64,000 nucleotides of DNA from Cytophagales bacterium. Lineage in GTDB: Bacteria > Bacteroidota > Bacteroidia > Cytophagales > MED-G16. Below are positions 60,417 through 64,000 of this stretch, one piece after another (the stretch's first letter is position 1; each line of letters begins with the position of its first letter). The DNA lies in NCBI GenBank assembly GCA_045568775.1, contig JBJLAJ010000001.1, positions 1,596-65,595 of the forward strand, written 5' to 3'. The notes beneath the pieces are model-generated. The model did no database searches. It saw nothing but the letters and a program-made list of their open reading frames with translations, and was not told the DNA's origin. A program made the position numbers and the translations under genes.

Positions 60417-61361
60417 TTATTTTTTTAATCCTATTTCTTTTAGTCTTTGCTCTAGAAATTCTCCTGCGGTCATATCATCAAAAGACTTTGGGTTTTCTTT
60501 GTCAATACAACTATCTAGACAAGTTAAATCCATCTGAGGTTTAGGGTGCATAAAAAAAGGAATTGAATATCTAGATGTATTTAATTTTTCTTTTGAGGGA
60601 TTAACAACCCTATGTATTGTAGACATTAGCTTTTTGTTAGTTAACCTCTCAAGCATATCACCAACATTTATGACAAGCTGATCAGGCTCAGAAATAATGG
60701 GTATCCATTTTTTGTCTTTAGTAAGAATTTCTAATCCATCTGCACTTGCTCCCATTAAAAGGGTAATAAGGTTTATATCTCCATGAGCTGCAGCTCGAAC
60801 GGCCCCATCCTCAACATCATTTTCATTTAAAGGATAATAGTGGATTGATCTCATAATACTTTCTCCTCCCTTAACCTTCTCAGTAAAATATTTTCTTTCT
60901 AACCCTAAATATATAGCTATGGATTCTAATATTGTCAATCCTATATTTTCTAATGTTAAATATGCCTCATTACCTATTTTTTCAAAATCATTTACTTCGA
61001 TTGGCCAGATGTTTTTTGGGTTTGATATAACTGGGTTACCTATGTGAAAAAATTCTTTAAGATCACCTTTCGAACTCCCTTTAGCGTGTTCCTGTCCTTT
61101 AATTACGTATCCTCTTTGACCATAAAGGTCAGGATAATAATATTTGATCTTTTTATTGTCATCTAAATCAAAAAAAGATTTTATTGTAGCATATAGGTTT
61201 TTAGTCATTTCCTCTGTAAGGCCATGATTTTTAATAATTGCAAATCCTGTTTGGTTAAATGAGGTTCCAAGACTATTAGAAAACTCTTCAACCAGATTAT
61301 CCTCTCCGCTATTAAATTTAGAGATGTCAAGTGTTGGTACTGTTCTTAAAAAATTACTCAT
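60417..61361 (-). CDS. Isopenicillin N synthase family 2OG-Fe(II) dioxygenase
   Basis: HGDINLITLL (HxD), NVGDML, HRV, RYSIPFF. Confidence 0.92.
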   Translation of the reverse strand: MSNFLRTVPTLDISKFNSGEDNLVEEFSNSLGTSFNQTGFAIIKNHGLTEEMTKNLYATIKSFFDLDDNKKIKYYYPDLYGQRGYVIKGQEHAKGSSKGDLKEFFHIGNPVISNPKNIWPIEVNDFEKIGNEAYLTLENIGLTILESIAIYLGLERKYFTEKVKGGESIMRSIHYYPLNENDVEDGAVRAAAHGDINLITLLMGASADGLEILTKDKKWIPIISEPDQLVINVGDMLERLTNKKLMSTIHRVVNPSKEKLNTSRYSIPFFMHPKPQMDLTCLDSCIDKENPKSFDDMTAGEFLEQRLKEIGLKK

Positions 61362-61362
61362 A

Positions 61363-61797
61363 TCATTCTACATTAATTTCTATATATTCAGACATTAACT
61401 CACCATATGAAACATGAACTCCATCAGCAAATTGAAGAGAAATAATATACTTTCCGGGCTCAAGTTCTATACTAGTATCCGTTTGTCCCAAACCAAAATG
61501 GAGGGTGCTGTCGGTGGTGGGGATTACCCCGCCTTCTGGCCAAAATTTTTGATTGATTAAAATATGATGATGACCATAACCTTCTTTTACAACCCCTGCG
61601 GGTTCTATTTGCATCCCTTCAACTCCCATATCTATAAAAACTGGACTAGCTACAGAAGACCCATCTTTTGGCCATTTAAAAAAAACTTTCTTAGTGTTTT
61701 CAACAACCTCTAAAACCTCTTTACCAGAGCTAATATTCTTTTTTTTATCTGAACAGGAAAACATCAAAACACATGAAATAATTATTAAAACTCTCAT
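61363..61797 (-). CDS. DUF4399 lipoprotein
   Basis: Lipobox MFSC; GHHHILI, HFGLGQT, LQFADGVH. Confidence 0.85.
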   Translation of the reverse strand: MRVLIIISCVLMFSCSDKKKNISSGKEVLEVVENTKKVFFKWPKDGSSVASPVFIDMGVEGMQIEPAGVVKEGYGHHHILINQKFWPEGGVIPTTDSTLHFGLGQTDTSIELEPGKYIISLQFADGVHVSYGELMSEYIEINVE

Positions 61798-61804
61798 CTT
61801 ATTA

Positions 61805-62470
61805 TCAATTAAAAATTTCTTTTAATACATCAGTTGATTTAAGCTTGATATTTAATTCAAGGTGGATACTGAAGTATTCTATAATTAAATTTATCACTTT
61901 ATTTCTTAAAATGTTATTTGAGTTTATATTTCCTTGATAACTTTCATCAATACACTTTTGAACAAAATCATCTAATTCTTTATCTGTATTATTTGAAACA
62001 ATTAACTGGTCTAAAGATATTATATCTATTCCATAGTATTTTGAGAGTTTTATTAAAAACTGGATATGAAAATTTGAAAATCTACTATTTAATCTATCAA
62101 ACTCAATTAATGAGTTTTGAATAAAATCAAATTTGTCTTCTTGATCACTTTCGTTATTTAAAATTTTAGATAAAAATTCAGATAAAAAAAAACACACAGA
62201 TATCTTTTTCATATCATTATGTATTGAAGTATATATAACATCTAACTTAGCTTCTTTTATTCTTTGAACCCCAGAGTTTTTTTTATGGTAAACCACCATA
62301 TCAAGAATATTAAGAGGTTGATATAATGCAATGTTTTTACTTTTTGAGTTTCTAATTCCATTTATTATATAAGATTGAAGGCCAAAGGAATCTGTAAATA
62401 TTTTACAAATAATTGATGTGTCACCATATTTAATATAACTTAAAACCAAACCTTTAGTCTTACCTATCAT
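61805..62470 (-). CDS. recO: DNA repair protein RecO
   Basis: KTKGLVL..IKYGDTSII, GLQSYIINGIR, LKSTDVLKEIF. Confidence 0.92.
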   Translation of the reverse strand: MIGKTKGLVLSYIKYGDTSIICKIFTDSFGLQSYIINGIRNSKSKNIALYQPLNILDMVVYHKKNSGVQRIKEAKLDVIYTSIHNDMKKISVCFFLSEFLSKILNNESDQEDKFDFIQNSLIEFDRLNSRFSNFHIQFLIKLSKYYGIDIISLDQLIVSNNTDKELDDFVQKCIDESYQGNINSNNILRNKVINLIIEYFSIHLELNIKLKSTDVLKEIFN

Positions 62471-63999
62471 AGCACTAAAAATTTTCCTACTAATTCACCT
62501 TGACTGCCATCTTCATTTAATATAAAGACTAAATATGTGCCTGAAATTATTTTTCTTCCATTTTTATTTTTTAAATCCCATGAAAACCCTCCCCCAATTA
62601 TATTAAACTGAATTATTTCTTCTCCAGAAAGAGATACTATTTTTAGATAATTTTCAGTTTGTAATCCTGAAAAAATCATTTTATTATCATCTTTAAGTTT
62701 TAAGGGATTTGGATAGAATATTAGATTATCTAAGGAACTCTCAGGAGCCTTTATATAAGTTCTTATTGATAAAAGTCCTCTTTCTGTTAAAACATAAATT
62801 TCACCGTCTTTTCTCATCTTAATATCATCAATTTTATTTGATAAAAGTGAAGAGTTTTCGGTAGTAAACTGATAAATAATCTCATTTTTATCATGGTTAT
62901 ATACAAATAAACCTTCATCGGTACCAACCCAAATATTATTAGCATAATCTAGCAATAAAGAAGATACATTGATACCCTGAAATATATTTTGCGCCCCATC
63001 ATTAGGTAAAAAATAATCATCTATATCATACGTCTTATGTGATAAAAAGTACATTAACCCTTCGTCAGATGCAATCCAAACCAACCCGTTTTTATCTATA
63101 ACAATATCATTTACCATATTAGAAATAAGAGTCCCGTTGGTCGAGGATAAGGTTCTTGATTCAGACGTTGAAATATTAAAAAACAGCACGCCACCTCCTT
63201 TTGATTTATCCAAAATCATAAATAGAGCTTCATCATCTGCAAACTCAAACTGAATAGGAAAAATTTCATTTGAGTTGCCTAAATTATAGGTGTTCCAATT
63301 ATAATTATTATCAAAAGATAATAAGGGGGTTTTTGAGCCGTAATTTAAGATCCACATCCTATCTTCAAAAGCTTTTAGGTCTGAGACATAAATTGTATTA
63401 TCTGGGAGCTCAGATAATAATGACCCTTCAAAGCTTTTGTTAATAATATAATTTTCAGACTTATTTAATATCCCGTCAGTTTCTGATCCAAAAAATAAAA
63501 AATTATTAAAATATGCTAAAGAAGTAATATTAGAAAAGTCTTCAACCGTCTCATTCTCCCAACTATAGTCTGATGTATAAGAAATTTTATCTGTAAGGGA
63601 AAATGCGTAAATAAAATCATTTAGAGATGAGATTTTATTAACATCAAATGTTAATTTGTTTTTGGGAGAATAGAACTGATCTTTACTTAAGTTATATAAA
63701 CTAAAATTATTGCCAACCAACCATACCTCATTATTCACAATTAAAACATCATTTATTTCTGAAACTTTTTCAGAAATATAAATCTCATTAATGTTATTAT
63801 TATTATTTAAAACCACATAGTGAGGTTTCTTGTCGGATAAAAAAATAATATGAACCTCTGAGTTATAAGTTAAAACCTTTTGTATATTGATGTCTTCTTG
63901 AGCATAAAGGTCTTCATTGTTTTTATTAAAAACAGACTGACTTGAAAAAAAATAAATTTCATCATCTTTGATAAAAGATCCCTTAAGTTCTGTTTCACT
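62467..63999 (-). CDS. PorZ-like beta-propeller protein with T9SS C-terminal domain (5' end outside window)
   Basis: Frame stays open to the window edge; WIASDEGL and IWVGTDEGL propeller repeats; FYPNP..SGTYLV..GKFLVL CTD; upstream of recO as in other Bacteroidota. Confidence 0.8.
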   Translation of the reverse strand, partial: SETELKGSFIKDDEIYFFSSQSVFNKNNEDLYAQEDINIQKVLTYNSEVHIIFLSDKKPHYVVLNNNNNINEIYISEKVSEINDVLIVNNEVWLVGNNFSLYNLSKDQFYSPKNKLTFDVNKISSLNDFIYAFSLTDKISYTSDYSWENETVEDFSNITSLAYFNNFLFFGSETDGILNKSENYIINKSFEGSLLSELPDNTIYVSDLKAFEDRMWILNYGSKTPLLSFDNNYNWNTYNLGNSNEIFPIQFEFADDEALFMILDKSKGGGVLFFNISTSESRTLSSTNGTLISNMVNDIVIDKNGLVWIASDEGLMYFLSHKTYDIDDYFLPNDGAQNIFQGINVSSLLLDYANNIWVGTDEGLFVYNHDKNEIIYQFTTENSSLLSNKIDDIKMRKDGEIYVLTERGLLSIRTYIKAPESSLDNLIFYPNPLKLKDDNKMIFSGLQTENYLKIVSLSGEEIIQFNIIGGGFSWDLKNKNGRKIISGTYLVFILNEDGSQGELVGKFLVL

Positions 64000-64000
64000 A

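Overview
Very AT-rich, densely packed bacterial chromosome segment with intergenic gaps mostly under 30 bp. The gene families (T9SS PorG/PorE/PorZ-like proteins, BatD, DUF4293, NagB-PIG-L fusion, nusB-ytxH-DUF1573-yajC-coaE block, scpB) and repeated TTTG-N18-20-TAnnTTTG promoters indicate Bacteroidota, most likely a streamlined marine Cytophagales lineage (inference). It is mostly core housekeeping: about 55 CDS and one tRNA-Phe(GAA), with no CRISPR, rRNA or intact mobile element. The standout locus is 39.87-42.34 kb. There nagB carries an extra ~80-aa basic N-terminal domain resembling the arm-type DNA-binding domain of Bacteroidota tyrosine integrases. Six copies of a 10-bp box (TTATGTCTCA) cover its promoter region and start codon, and a duplicated 17-mer sits at the 3' end of the convergent tRNA-Phe. 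This may be a domesticated integrase domain that makes NagB an autoregulatory DNA-binding enzyme. Other points: a pair of small hairpin membrane proteins, a structured nrdBA leader, a rimP-type leader hairpin retained without rimP, a probably xenologous cysS and dld, a degenerate RluB-like pseudouridine synthase, stop codons doubling as promoter elements, and a (GGY)n microsatellite in a BamA surface loop. All family assignments come from motif recognition without database searches.
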